Assembly (NCBI RefSeq): GCF_009914755.1
Contig: NC_060932.1
From: the human T2T-CHM13v2.0 reference genome, Homo sapiens
Direction: 5' to 3' (one strand)
DNA: 64,000 nt
Below the pieces are notes generated by a model. It made no database searches. It was given only the letters and a program-made list of their open reading frames with translations, and was not told where the DNA came from. Positions 14,439-30,582 of the stretch are shown piece by piece (position 1 is the first letter of the stretch; each line of letters starts with the position of its first letter). A program made the position numbers and the translations under genes.

Positions 14439-14844
14439 GTGAGTTGCCAGGAGAGGCCGCCTCCTCCATGCCAAGGCCTGGGAAGGCCTCGCCCACCATA
14501 GGACCCCCCGCCCAACTTGCTCCTACCCCCAGGCCTGCCCAGCTCCTCCTCAATGGCTTTCCATGTTGGGAGGGTGTCTTTTCCTTTTCTGCCAATCCCT
14601 ACATGGCCCTTTTCCTGAACTCTCCTGTGATCGTGCCCTTAGTGCTGTCTGTGGCCCTCCCCAGGGCCCCTCGGCCTCCCAGAAAGGTCACGTTGGGTCA
14701 CGAGCTGCTCCCAGAAGCACCCCCGACCCCATGGCTGTAATCTCTAAACACACAGTGGAGGGACTGGGGAATGGGTAACCAGGGAGGGGGTTGTCTCCAC
14801 AGCCGCATGAGTGACGTTCCTGTTCTCTTTCCTCCTTCCTCCAG

Positions 14845-14869
14845 ACGCCAGAGAAGGAGGTCGGCTACC
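14845..14869 (+). CDS. PTK2B: PTK2B 25-nt microexon (TPEKEVGY)
   Basis: Long pyrimidine tract, cag|ACG and C|gtgagt. Confidence 0.92.
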
Positions 14870-15648
14870 GTGAGTGTTCCCGCCCTTCTTCGGGGGGTTT
14901 CCTCTTGGCACCTTGTGCAGAGCCACCATCCTTGCCCACCGCCCAGGGCAGGGAGCAGCGGAGTCTGTCTGCATTCCCTGCAGCATCGGCCATGATTTAA
15001 TTCAGAGCATGTGGGGCAGGCCAGCTTCCCCTCCGCTCCCTCCACCCCATTCCTCTCCCTGCCTAGCACCCTGCCCTTCTCTCTCTCAGTGGCCACATCC
15101 TTAGGCCCCTCCTCAGATCATCCCCCTCCTGCATTAGTTTGGAGGAGCTGGAAATTCTCTCTTCCTCATTTCCTGCTCTGTTGGAAGCTCCCGTGGGAAA
15201 AGTTAAGCAGTGCCACCTGCCCGTCCCAGTTCAGATTCATCTTCTGTAGGCCTGAGGGACAGAGGAGAGAAAGTGAGAGGGGCAGCTGAGCCCTCAGGCT
15301 CTCTCCAGAAGACCCTGTTGCAGGCAGGGAGGGAAGAGCCAGCAGTAAGCCCGGGGCCTGGAGGGGTGGCATTGAGGAGGAGGATGATGACAGCCATCAC
15401 AGAGAACTGGACACAAGTCAGGCATGGGCCTGGGACCATTTATTATCTTCTGAGGCACAGGGTGATTAGGTAACTTGTCCAAATTCACACAGCTAATAAC
15501 TGGCAAAGTTCAGATTTGAACCCAAGCCTTCTGACTTTAGGGTCCCTTCTGAGCTCACCCTCTTATCTTACAAATGAAAATTAAGGCTCGGAATGTGAGC
15601 TGCCTAGAGTGGTCACAGAGCTCTTTGGCGGCAGAGGTGAGAATAGAA

Positions 15649-15938
15649 GGCCAGGTGTGGTGGCTCACACCTGTAATCCCAGCACTTTGGGAGGCTGAGG
15701 TGGGAGGGTCACTTGATCCCAGGAGTTTGAGACTGGCTTGGGCAACATAGCAAGACCCCATCTCTACAAAAGATTAAGAAAATTAGGCCTGGTGATGCAT
15801 GCCTGCAAGCCCAGCGGCTCAGGAGGCCGAGGCAGGAGGATTGCCTGAGCCTAGAAGGTGAGGCTACAGTGAGCTGTGATCACGCCACTGTGCTCCAGCC
15901 TCGGTGCAAGCCCTGCCTCAAAAAAAAAAAAAAAAAAA
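15649..15938 (+). mobile_element. Alu (AluJ-like)
   Basis: Alu dimer with poly(A) tail. Confidence 0.9.
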
Positions 15939-16474
15939 GAACAAAGTGTGCTGAGTGGACTTTTATGTGTCTTTGCTCTTCAAAGTGGGAGTGAATAGCA
16001 TGTTTCTGCTGCAATTTTGCTTCCTTCAGCCCCAAACACTCTGGGAAAACCATTAGAGAATCCACACAAATTTACCCCATGAGCTGCTGTCTCCCCAGGT
16101 CAGGGGCACCACAGACACCTGCTGGCATCAGAGAGAGAGGTTTCTTCCTTTCAGATCACCCAGTACTGTTCCTTAGGCCTGGTGTCCATCAGGCAGGAAG
16201 CCCAAGCCAGAGCTGGGGCACCACTGCAATCCCCCCATCTTGCTGGGACTTTGCCTTTTTCTTCCTATAAAAGGGACAACAGTGCTGTCCCTGACTACTG
16301 CAAAACCAGGGAGACCAGGAGGTTCCTTCCCCTGCCCGCTTCCTGGATTCAGAGTTAATTTCCCTGAAGTCTCCTGGTGGTAGAGGGGAGGGGGCTCATT
16401 TGATGTCAGCAGGTACGAAGGGAAGGGTTGGAGTGCTGAGAACTGCCCCCCACTTGCTGTTCTTTTTATTGCAG

Positions 16475-16521
16475 TGGAGTTCACAGGGCCCCCACAGAAG
16501 CCCCCGAGGCTGGGCGCACAG
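16475..16521 (+). CDS. PTK2B: PTK2B coding exon (LEFTGPPQKPPRLGAQ)
   Basis: cag|TG and CAG|gtatgt; 47 nt, restores frame after the 25-nt exon. Confidence 0.94.
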
Positions 16522-16958
16522 GTATGTGTTGGCTCTGCTGAAACTGATAAATGAGAGTGGGGGTTGCACAAAACTGAAGACCATGGTCTATGAAAGATTC
16601 ACAGTTCTCAGATAGAATCCAGTTCAGTGTCCTCATGATACAGATGAAGCCCGGGGTTAGGGGGCGGGTGGCGGGGTGCCTTGCCTAAGGCCACACAGCT
16701 AATTCATGAAAAAGCAAGAGGAAGAACCAATCTCCCACTCTCCATCCCCCTCCCAGACTTGGAGTAGAGCTCCCTGGTCCAGCTTCAGGGAAAGTGGTGT
16801 GGGCTGCTTCCCTCTTCTGAGCCTCCTCACTTGGTTTCCAGCATCCATTGTCCTTACAGCCATCTGGGGTGGTGCTGGCTTTCTTTCCTCTGGAACAGTG
16901 GTTCTCAGCCTTGGCTGTCCATTAAAATCACCCAAGGAGCTTTGAAACTCTCTGCATA

Positions 16959-17248
16959 GGCCAGGTGCTGTGGCTCACACCTGTAATCCCAGCACTCTGG
17001 GAGGCCACAGCAGGAGGATCGCTTGAGCCCAGGAATTCAAGACCAGCCTGGGCAATATAGCAAGAACCCATCTTTACTAAATTTTTTAAAAAAAGATTAG
17101 CTGGACTTGGTGGCACGCCTGCTACTCAGGAGACTGAGGCAGGAGGATTGCTTGAGCCCAGGAGGTCAAGGCATCAGTGAGCTATGACTGTGCCATTATA
17201 CTCCAGCCTGGGCAACAGAGTGAGATCCTGTCTCTTCAAAGAAAAAAA
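16959..17248 (+). mobile_element. Alu (AluJ-like), apparently inside a MER5-like fragment
   Basis: Alu dimer preceded by cagtggttctcagccttggctg...aatcaccc. Confidence 0.85.
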
Positions 17249-17514
17249 GCCTGCCTGCACCCTATGTCCAGGTGGTGGTTCTAATAGTCTGTTGTGAGGC
17301 TACCACTAGTATTCCGTTAAGGCTCCCTGGCTGGAAACTGCCCCAGAAGTGGACAGAGGCAATGCACCCCGGGACAGGGCACAATTATTCTAAAGAAGAG
17401 TCCTTTCCAATCGGGCTGGTGGTGGAGTTGGCCACAGTGGTGCCTGCCCAGGAAAGAATCATTCCGTGCCCCTGGCTCTCCCCAACTCACTGGCCACCTG
17501 CGTCTTCCCCTCAG

Positions 17515-17652
17515 TCCATCCAGCCCACAGCTAACCTGGACCGGACCGATGACCTGGTGTACCTCAATGTCATGGAGCTGGTGCGGGCCGTGCTGGAGCT
17601 CAAGAATGAGCTCTGTCAGCTGCCCCCCGAGGGCTACGTGGTGGTGGTGAAG
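17515..17652 (+). CDS. PTK2B: PTK2B coding exon, start of FAT domain (includes Y881 YLNV)
   Basis: cag|TCC and AAG|gtgaga. Confidence 0.96.
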
Positions 17653-17891
17653 GTGAGAGCAGGGCTGGGTTGGGGAGGTGGAGGCGGCTCAAGTCCGCCC
17701 TGGAAGGAAAGGGGACTGCGCTTCCTGTTGGCTGGCCCAGCAGATCCTCTTAGAGCAAGCTGGGCCAGGGGAATTGAGTCCCAGGCCACTCGCGGGGGAC
17801 AAGCACCACCCCAGGAGAGCTCTTCCCAGGGGAAACCTGGCTCTCTCCAATAGCTAGGAGTGGCGGCCATCCTGCCCCTTTCTCCCCCCAG

Positions 17892-17972
17892 AATGTGGGG
17901 CTGACCCTGCGGAAGCTCATCGGGAGCGTGGATGATCTCCTGCCTTCCTTGCCGTCATCTTCACGGACAGAG
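17892..17972 (+). CDS. PTK2B: PTK2B coding exon (NVGLTLRKLIGSVDDLLPSLPSSSRTE)
   Basis: cag|AAT and GAG|gtgagc. Confidence 0.96.
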
Positions 17973-18423
17973 GTGAGCGTCCCATTCCAGACAGCACCAT
18001 AGGCTGTTGCTTTGCTCCTGCTTATGAGCCTCATTAGAGGCTCATGATGGCTGCCTGGGCAACCTCATGTCTGTCCACTGAGTCCCCACCAGGTGGGTTC
18101 TATGTGGCTTATCCATCAGCTACCACCAGAGGGCTGAGAGGGCACCCAGGGACCTGGCCAGAGGCTAGCAGGGATTTCCTAGTTCAGGTCTCCAGATGAC
18201 GGCAGTGAATTCTTTCTGAGTTTATGCTAAAGGGGACACACCTTCCTTTCCCCCCTCCTATTATTGTTTGTCTGGTTGCCTTGCCGTCTGTGTTAAGATT
18301 AACATGGATGTGTCATAGAAATATCACTTAAGGTTTCTTTATTTAATCTGATTTTCTTTATTTAAATAAGAAACAATCACTGAAAATCAAAACAAGAGTC
18401 TTGGTGCTCCATGAGATGGTTCC

Positions 18424-19205
<782 letters not shown>

Positions 19206-19531
19206 GTGCCATGGGACGTTTGTTGGTTCTCCGTCTGGAGCCCTTTGATCCACTGCCTCCCAGCAGCCAGCCCTGCGGCACAGATGACTACCACATCCCA
19301 CCACTGTCCCCACTGTCAGTGGCCACCCAAGGAAGGAGAAGGCAGGAGAGTTTGGGCCAATTTCTGGCCTCTCTCTCAGGGGCAGTGACAACACATACAG
19401 GAGCCCTAGGTGGGGCTGTGGGGCTGTCTTGTCTCATTTAAGAGCTCCTTACCCTTGGGATGCCAACCCATTCATTCATTCATTCATTCATCTACTTCAT
19501 TTGTAAATACCTCTTGAGCACCAGCTATGAA

Positions 19532-21422
<1,891 letters not shown>

Positions 21423-21647
21423 TTACACAGGGTTGGCTGGGTTCTGAGATGTCTGTGATGTCAGTCCTTGCAGACCTGACTCGACCCTGCACGGGGTGTT
21501 GCATTCAGCCCTCTCCTAGGTCTGATTTGCTTCCAGGGAACTTCTGATTGCTTTGGCCAGCACGCAGGTGGACACCTCTGTGGCTTCCCTATCCTCCAAG
21601 CACAGACTTTGTGGCCTCTCAACCTGTCCTGTGTGATCTTCCTACAG

Positions 21648-21863
21648 ATCGAGGGCACCCAGAAACTGCTCAACAAAGACCTGGCAGAGCTCATCAACAA
21701 GATGCGGCTGGCGCAGCAGAACGCCGTGACCTCCCTGAGTGAGGAGTGCAAGAGGCAGATGCTGACGGCTTCACACACCCTGGCTGTGGACGCCAAGAAC
21801 CTGCTCGACGCTGTGGACCAGGCCAAGGTTCTGGCCAATCTGGCCCACCCACCTGCAGAGTGA
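21648..21863 (+). CDS. PTK2B: PTK2B last coding exon, FAT domain C-terminus and stop
   Basis: cag|ATC; IEGTQKLLNKDL...AHPPAE TGA. Counting from E781 gives 1009 aa. Confidence 0.97.
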   Translation: MEGTQKLLNKDLAELINKMRLAQQNAVTSLSEECKRQMLTASHTLAVDAKNLLDAVDQAKVLANLAHPPAE

Positions 21864-22720
21864 CGGAGGGTGGGGGCCACCTGCCTGCGTCTTCCGCCCC
21901 TGCCTGCCATGTACCTCCCCTGCCTTGCTGTTGGTCATGTGGGTCTTCCAGGGGGAAGGCCAAGGGGAGTCACCTTCCCTTGCCACTTTGCACGACGCCC
22001 TCTCCCCACCCCTACCCCTGGCTGTACTGCTCAGGCTGCAGCTGGACAGAGGGGACTCTGGGCTATGGACACAGGGTGACGGTGACAAAGATGGCTCAGA
22101 GGGGGACTGCTGCTGCCTGGCCACTGCTCCCTAAGCCAGCCTGGTCCATGCAGGGGGCTCCTGGGGGTGGGGAGGTGTCACATGGTGCCCCTAGCTTTAT
22201 ATATGGACATGGCAGGCCGATTTGGGAACCAAGCTATTCCTTTCCCTTCCTCTTCGGCCCTCAGATGTCCCTTGATGCACAGAGAAGCTGGGGAGGAGCT
22301 TTGTTTTGGGGGTCAGGCAGCCAGTGAGATGAGGGATGGGCCTGGCATTCTTGTACAGTGTATATTGAAATTTATTTAATGTGAGTTTGGTCTGGACTGA
22401 CAGCATGTGCCCTCCTGAGGGAGGACCTGGGGCACAGTCCAGGAACAAGCTAATTGGGAGTCCAGGCACAGGATGCTGTGTTGTCAACAAACCAAGCATC
22501 AGGGGGAAGAAGCAGAGAGATGCGGCCAAGATAGGACCTTGGGCCAAATCCGCTCTCTTCCTGCCCCTCTTTCTCTTTCTTCCTTTACTTTCCCTTGCTT
22601 TTCCCTCTTTTCTTACTCCTCCTCTTTCTCTCCCCAACCCCCATTCTCATCTGCACCCTTCTTTTCTCATGTGTTTGCATAAACATTCTTTTAACTTCTT
22701 TCTATTTGACTTGTGGTTGA

Positions 22721-22726
22721 ATTAAA
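22721..22726 (+). terminator. PTK2B: PTK2B polyadenylation signal ATTAAA
   Basis: ATTAAA followed about 20 nt later by a GT-rich element (gtttgttttgtttgtttg). Confidence 0.75.
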
Positions 22727-23131
22727 ATTGTCCCATTTGCTTTGCGGTTTGTTTTGTTTGTTTGACCTGCCCTTTGGGGGATAATGGGGACTGTGAGCCA
22801 AGTCCTGGAAGAAACCGATTGTGTTCATGTTGGACAGAGATCAAGGGCTATCCAGCGCTGGTCATCAGCCAAGGAGGTTCGAATGGTGATATCCGGCAGT
22901 GGGTCAGGGGTGTGCGCTGGCCCTTTTGCCCTTGCAGGGACAGTGGGGGGCAACTTTCCAGGAGGGACCCAGAGCAGTCCCCTCCATGGCCACATGAGGA
23001 ATGCCATGTCATTTCTCTCTTAGTGGGCCCCAAAACCACCCAGGCTCTGGAGGGGCTTGGGTGACACTGGCGATGTTGAAGTGCAGCTGGCAAGGAGGGG
23101 GTCGCACAGTTGAGTCAGCAGTAGGTGCAGC

Positions 23132-23150
23132 TTTATTTAATCTCTTTATT
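23132..23150 (-). terminator. CHRNA2: CHRNA2 tandem AATAAA polyadenylation signals
   Basis: tttatt at 23132-23137 and 23145-23150 on the + strand. Confidence 0.8.
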
Positions 23151-24982
23151 CACATGCAAGATGGATGGGAGACGTGGATAACAGAAGTGAACATCACTGT
23201 CTCAGGAGAGTGGGTCTGGGAGCCTGGACCCGAGAGCTCTGAGGCCTCCGGAGAGCAAGTGGGAGGAGAGGGGGCGCTGGGGGCTGCATGCACACGAGTA
23301 GACAGGAGCCAGAGACCAGATGTGCCATGAGCAGGGGGGTTGTGGGAGAGAAGTGAGGCATGGCAGGGCCTGGGCCAGGGCGTCACAGCCAGGCTGGTTT
23401 CCCCTGAGAGTGTCAGGGAGAGACATTTTGGGGTTTGGAAGGAGGGGACCCCTAGGACCAAAAGGAAACTGGAAGCTCGCCCTGCTCGGCTTCCTGCCTG
23501 GAGCCTCCATGCTGTCCCGAGAACCCGATGCCCACATCTGTTAGCTGCCAATGTCCCACCCTCCAGTCTGGACAGAGTTGGGGGGAGGTCTGTTGCCCGA
23601 TCCCAGGAGCAGCAGCTCGGCCTGGGATCCTGGGTGCAGCCTCAGACTGTGGGGTGGTGCATTGCATTCCAAGGTGCACACACAGGCTGCTCTGAAGGGT
23701 TCAGAGCAGGTCAACACACCTCGGGGCTCTGGGAGAGACGAGGCAGGCTGATAAGGGACGGGACCACAGCTTTGCCATCTACACAACAGTCCTGGGGCCC
23801 AAACAATCCAGCTTGCTCCCCTCGACCACTCAGAACAAACGCCCTAAGTGCTGACCCCACTCACCCGGCGCTGTGCTAGGTGCTGGGGGTGGGAAAAATA
23901 ACAGGCAGAGTACCTGCCTTTGAGAAGTTCAGAATCAAAGGAACTAAAGGCAAAGATCTTCAACTCCCAAGTGAGGCCTCCTCCTGATGGAGCCAGGCAC
24001 AGGGAACAGGGTTCCTGGGGAGGGAAGGAGGGGTGAAGGGAGGGAGGACAGGCCAAATGAGATGAGTTTGAGGTGGGTCAGGAGCAGCTCAGGATGGTCT
24101 TTCTTGTTTGCCTGCTGCACGCGTAGGGACATATGGAGCCCCTGCAGGCCATGGCTCTCAGCTCTGCCAGACCTCCTGGGGGCCGGCTGGTGCAGAGCCA
24201 TTTTGCAGCAAGGAAGGAGAGGAATGATGTCAAGGAGAAGCCTGGAGGCTCAAATGTGCTTACAGATGGATGGAATAGCCCAGCCACCTGTATCCAACCA
24301 TCCATCCCTCCCCGGTAGGGAAGATCTGCCCTGTACCTCCACATCAGGTGCAGGCCCTGCCTCCCGCTTCCTCCCCTTCCGGAAGAGCCCTTATTACTCC
24401 CCTGCTGGACCATACAGCTCAGCACCCTGCAAACTCGGACAGACTCCAAACTTCAACCCCAGCCTGACTTAGAGAGACCTCACCTGGCTCTCCAACCTCC
24501 CACCTCACCTGGCTGTTCTCCCTGGCACTTTGGGCTCATCTCCAAATCTAAACATTGTTCAAAGCCCTTCCACATCCAAGAACCCTCCCCTTTGCCCCCA
24601 CGGCCCCTCCTTTGAGGTCTGCATTCCCTTCCTCGTCACCCTGGCCCCACTGTCCCCCTGGTTGACCCTTCTGTCACTTAGGGTCTGCACTGCTCCTCCA
24701 GGAGAATCTTACTCTGCCCCACTTGGTCACCACACTATTGCGACCTTCTGCAGAGCTTCCCCAGCTCCTCCGTATCCAAAACAGGGCTTTGCACCCAGCA
24801 GGCTGTCAGCCCTGGTACAATAACGTTAAGCTGGATGGAAGCCTGCAATCCCTGGGTCAGTGTCCAGACTCCGCGGAGAGGCACCTGCTCATCCCAAAGG
24901 GGACACCAGAGGCAGCTGTAGCAGAGACGGTCAAAAGATGGTCAGCGGGGGTGCCCTGGGAGCCAGCTCGAGGGAGGTGCAG

Positions 24983-25171
<189 letters not shown>

Positions 25172-26332
25172 TCACAGCCCCTGCACAGGCGGCCACTGGG
25201 GGCAGCAGCAACTGCCCCACAGAGACCTTGGGGAGCAAAGGTCAGCACAGGGAGCGGGGTGAGTGGAAGGGAGGGACGGGCTGTTTCAAGGCTCCAGTAA
25301 GCTCCACTGATGATTCCCCTCCCATCCCAGCCCCTCCACATGCCCAGACCTGTCCATATTATGCTCCTAGACTATAGGTAAAGGAGGCTAGAGGGACGCA
25401 AGGAGGCGGCACGACCACCCAGGGGCATGGGCCCTTCTAGGGGGCCTGCAGTGACTTCAATGCAACACCAGACTTTGCTGCTCACAGGTTGCCTCCTCAC
25501 CCACCTGCTGGAGCTGGGGAGAGGGAAACAGGCGAAGGTGGTTGGGACCCCAGGCAGGCTGGGGGTGGGGCGGGGGCTTTGTAGAACTTGGGCTCACAGC
25601 CCAGACAAGGGAGCCTGGATTCTCCACTGCTCCTGGATGACATCATGATTAATTTTCTTGTCTGTTCATCAAGGCCACTCAGTAATAACCTCCCGGCCTT
25701 TCATCCTTCCCTAGGCTGAGAAGAATTTTGTGCTAGAGTAGCGGCCTGCTCAATGGCAGACAGGAGCTGGGGCAGGGGTCAGGGTGGGGCCAATGCCATG
25801 GCAGGGGCGGGGGAGCGGAGTCCACCTGGCACAACCAAGAATCTGCAGGGTTTATGGTTGAAGAGTGAAGTTTGCAAGATCCTCAGGAGCCCATGAACAA
25901 GGAGGCGGAGGAAGAGACCATCCAAGACAAAAGACAAAGGCTGACACTGCAGCAGCTGACTTTCTGGGTCTCTCCTGAAATGCTCCCCCTGCCTGCCGCC
26001 ACCTCCAAGGCAATGGTGGGAGCTGGCGGCGTGAGGGAGGCACGGGGTTCAGCATCTGGGATCCTCCCTCTCCGGCTCTCAGGATCCCTGTTAGGCTGAG
26101 CTGCTCATGCCTGACTCCGTGGTGTGTAACATGCCACGTGCCAATAAACGTCCTCAAAGCGGCCAGCTACATGTGCTCTCTTGCTATTTATTCCATCTAA
26201 GGACCATGACTGAGGAAAGTGGGCCTTCACGAGAGGGGCCTGGGCTGCCCAAGCTCACACTCTGCGGTAAGGTGGTTCCCCGCTAAGTTGGTGGGGCCAC
26301 CCAGGCTGGCGCCTCTCCCAACCCCAACGCAC

Positions 26333-27347
26333 CGAAGAGTCAGCATCCTCAGACCGCAGGTGGTCGGCAATGTAGTGCACACCTTCCAGTGCCTTCTGCA
26401 TGTGGGGTGATAGCAGCAGCTCACCCTCCTGCAGCAGAGCCTCAGCCTTGGGACCTGAGGCCCCAGAGTGCAGGTGGCCGTGGCTGCAGAGGGTGCCCAC
26501 AGAGGGGGCCACATGACCTGCACATGCCCATCTGTCCTCCTCCTCCACCACCACCTCCCTCTCCTCGGCATCCACGTTGCTCTCCAGCCAGTGATAAGAG
26601 GGGCTGAGCTTCAGGCGTAGGGGGTGGCAGAGCTCCACGGGTGGTGGGGGCCGGTTCATCAGAAGCCACCGGGGCACACAGCCCAGAAGGGCCCCCCGCA
26701 CCCAGTGGGGCATGGTGTGGGTGCTGGGGGAGCGGTGGTGCACATTGAGCACGAAGACGGTGATGACGATGGACAGGGTGACGAAGATCATGGTGAACAG
26801 CAGGTACTCGCCGATGAGCGGGATGACCAGCGAGGTGGACGGGATGATCTCAGTGATGAGCAGCAGGAAGACGGTGAGTGACAGCAGCACCGAAATGCAC
26901 AGCGTGATCTTCTCGCCGCAGTCGGAGGGCAGGTAGAAGACCAGCACAGTGAGGCAGGAGATGAGCAGGCAGGGGATGATGAGGTTGATGGTGTAGAAGA
27001 GCGGCAGCCGCCGGATGACGAAGGCGTAGGTGACGTCGGGGTAGATCTCGGCGCAGCAGTCGTACTTCTTGCTGTTGTAGGTGCCCGTGGCATTGACGAT
27101 GGCCCACTCGCCGCTCTCCCAGTAGTCCTTCAGGTCCACAGTCTGCTCCATCTGCTCCAGGTCGATCTTGGCCTTGTCATAAGTCCAGGAGCCAAACTTC
27201 ATCTTGCAGTTCTGCTGGTCGAAGGGGAAGAAGGTGACGTCGATGCTGCAGGAGCTCTTGTAGATGGCCGGGGGCACCCAGTGCACAGTGCCCGTGGAGA
27301 AGAGGTGGGCCTTGGTCATGTGGGTCACTGCAAACTCCCCATCTGCA
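26333..27347 (-). CDS. CHRNA2: CHRNA2 large coding exon (Cys-loop, loop C, TM1-TM3, cytoplasmic loop)
   Basis: cag|T acceptor, TCG|gtgcgt donor; [35 protein letters not shown]. Confidence 0.98.
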
Positions 27348-28789
27348 CTGAGAAGAGGAGAGGAGCTGGGGAGACCCCTGCACACCCACCTGCCTGAGCC
27401 AGGCTACTCAGAGAGCTGGCAGCAGGGGAACCCCAAGAACCAAGTCAGACCCGGCCACACTGGCGGGGTTTATTTATGCAAGTGTGTAAGTCTCCCCCGG
27501 CATGCACATTTATAGCCACTGAGCTGTCTTGTCAATTACTACCTTTTTAAATACAAAAGGAGGAATTGTGAGGAATAGAAGGAAGTACCAAGAATTCTAA
27601 AAACAACCACTAATAACATTTTGATGATATATATGTATATATATAAAATGTAAAACGATTATATATACATAATCTATCAGTATATGACAATCATATATTT
27701 GTGATCATGGGGTATATGTTGCTTGATTGCCTATTTTTATTCATTTAATATTTTATTTTATTTGCAGTAAGGAAAGAGTTGAATAGACACAAGGCCAGCC
27801 ACGCCACGGGGGAGAAGGAGATAGCATTCAAAGCATCTCTTCCAAAGTTCGTGCGTGTTAGGGGTTTTTCAAAGGCAGTTTTGGGGAAGGGGTGGGTGTG
27901 GCCAGGTGCTTGCTGCTGATTGGCTGGGTGGGGATGACATCACAGGGGGTCAAAGCTGTCCTCCTGCGAGCTGATCATTTAATATATTAGAGTGATATCT
28001 ATGAGTCTGTTTTTCTTCCCTAGCAGATGATGAGTCGGCCCCTTAGGAGGGCGATCCCTTTCCACCTGGGATCATCCTTGCTCAGAAGAGACCTAACACC
28101 TTTGCGGGTGAAGATACTACCTTGAATGTATCCATTTAACATGCGTTTTTGAGCCCCTCATCCGCTAGGGCCTGTACCAGAGCTGTGCAGAAGAGGAATA
28201 TGAGAAAAGTCCCTGCCTTTAAGGAGCCATGAGGAGATGAGACGTCTCCAGGAACCACTGCAACATCAGGGAGGCAGTTGGCAACACTAAGAGGGCAGTC
28301 TGGGTGCTCCCCAGACCCTTTGGGGGAAAACTCCCTTCTGGGAGGTGAGCAGGGTCATCGATAAGCCTGCCGTTTGCAAAAGGCCTTGACTGATGGTAGG
28401 ATTTGGCTGAGAAATGGGCAGAGAGCCTTCCAGTAGAGGGTCACACAGGGACAGAGAGTGTGAATCAGGGGTATCGTGGGACTAGGCATTCAAGGACCCA
28501 CAAGGAGTCTGGGGACACTGGAATAGTGGTGACCAGTCAGGTAGCACTTCCTGGAAGCCTCAGCCCCTGATTCCACCAGGAGGTGGCTCGGTGGGCTCCT
28601 GCTCTAGTCTTTAACCATCCTCCCTCCCCTTCTAATTCCCACAGTCAATCCTAAAATCCAAGAAATCAGAAGAGTACTTGGGAACAGGGGGCTTTTTTCC
28701 CCCATGGAGTAGTTCCATGGTAGAGATATGGGCAGGCTGGAAATAGGAACTTTGAAAGGGAGTAACAAATACATTGAGACAAAAGTTAA

Positions 28790-29081
<292 letters not shown>

Positions 29082-30582
29082 CAAAAACAAAAAATTTTTA
29101 AGCATTTTGTTTATCACAAACAATGACCACTAGATGGCAACATGTGCTCACTTGGGGGAAGGAACCTTGCAAACTCTAAGATGCCTTCCTCTTAACCTTG
29201 AGTGGGGTATCTGGGTGGAGGGGATCCGTCTCTAAATGTCAGCAAGACTTCGGCTTGGAATTTTGTCCCCCACCAACATTTCTTGTAATAAATCAGGTAA
29301 CACCGGCTGAAGTCTTATTGGATAATTGTCAAACTCGAAGTCATATTTGATGTAGGACTTTGCTCCTGACCTCTGCCACATGTACAGGAAGTGGAAACTA
29401 GAAGGACCCTGGGTGCCAGCTATGGGGCACAGAGATACGACAGTGTGGGGAGTTCATGAGTCCTGCAGCAGCTGCAAACACTAGGCACCTGCTGTGTGAG
29501 AGCGGCCAGTGTAAGAACCCAGGATGAACACGTGTTCCCCAAAATGGCTTAGGTGCAAGGGCTTAGTTCTGACCAGAACTGGACGGTGTAAAAAAAAAAA
29601 TCTGACCCATCTGAAGACACAAAATCCAGAAATGGGTTGTTTTTCCTTTTATTTCTTTCTTTAAAGATAGCATTTCCAAAGTAGGATCAAATGAATCGGG
29701 AAATGCTGGGCTAGGTGGGTGTCTTTGCTGCAGAACTTCAAATAACATTTTTTAAAATGCTATTGTGCTCTGCCATTTTCCAAAGGACTTGGGTGGGGAT
29801 GGGGGTGGGTGTTGTGACATACAATGTTATCCAAAATTACTTGACCACAGAACCCTTTTTCATACCTATTTATAACTCAAAGAAGCCATGCTCCTTACAG
29901 CCCCACCTTAGAAAACCTTTTTAGATGAACATAACACCAAATATCTTTTCATTTTAACTTCTTTACTTCTAAGGGAAGAATTGTCTGATACCAAACACAG
30001 AAATGAAATTATAGATGTCTATTTATTCCATCAAAATATTTTTTATTGATTTATTTTTGTCCCCTGGGGCTCTCTTTAGACTCCTCTGCCTTCTATTAAC
30101 TTCTTGTCATTGTGGTCAAAGATTACTCCTTTTTAGTCTTGAAGACAACTACAAAACAACATGATTGGGAAAAAGGAAACTGCATACCAAGTGAGCACAT
30201 GCCCTTTGAAGGTGCTGGCCCGATGCTGCCTGCCTGTCTGAACAACACTGCCACCCCTCACAACTTCAACCCCAAGGTATTGTTTTTTGAGCCTGCACCA
30301 AATTTTTCAAAGAATACTCAGTATGGACAAATCTCTGTCCCTCTAGCACAGTGCCAGGCACTGATACCTAAAAGGTGCTCAGCTGCCATTCATTTTGGTG
30401 TAGAGTGAGAACAAAAGGAAAGAAATGAAGGAATAGAGAGAGAGGTAGGGGAGGCATGCTCAGCACAGCAGTCGAGAAGGAGGCGAGGAAGCTGACACCA
30501 GGGGGGCCCCTCCCAAGGCCATGGACCCGGCCCCTGCAAGTTGGCCTCCCCTCATCCCCCCAGGACCCCAATGGCTTCCTAC

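Noticed and set aside
16653-16676. Intronic G-quadruplex candidate (four G-runs)
   Set aside because: Such motifs are abundant in this GC-rich region and nothing distinguishes this one.
17272-17853. 193-aa ORF as a stand-alone gene
   Set aside because: It is a PTK2B exon with open flanking intron; splice sites delimit the real coding part.
22350-22670. Single AU-rich nonamer (TTATTTAAT at 22372) and long pyrimidine tract in the PTK2B 3'UTR
   Set aside because: Common low-information motifs; function cannot be supported from sequence alone.
23150-24900. Many 100-180 aa ORFs on both strands
   Set aside because: They lie in the GC-rich CHRNA2 3'UTR with no recognisable domains; chance ORFs.
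26227-27389. Several overlapping alternative-frame and antisense ORFs across the large CHRNA2 exon
   Set aside because: Expected from GC3-rich codon usage, which depletes stops in other frames; no independent start or splice evidence.
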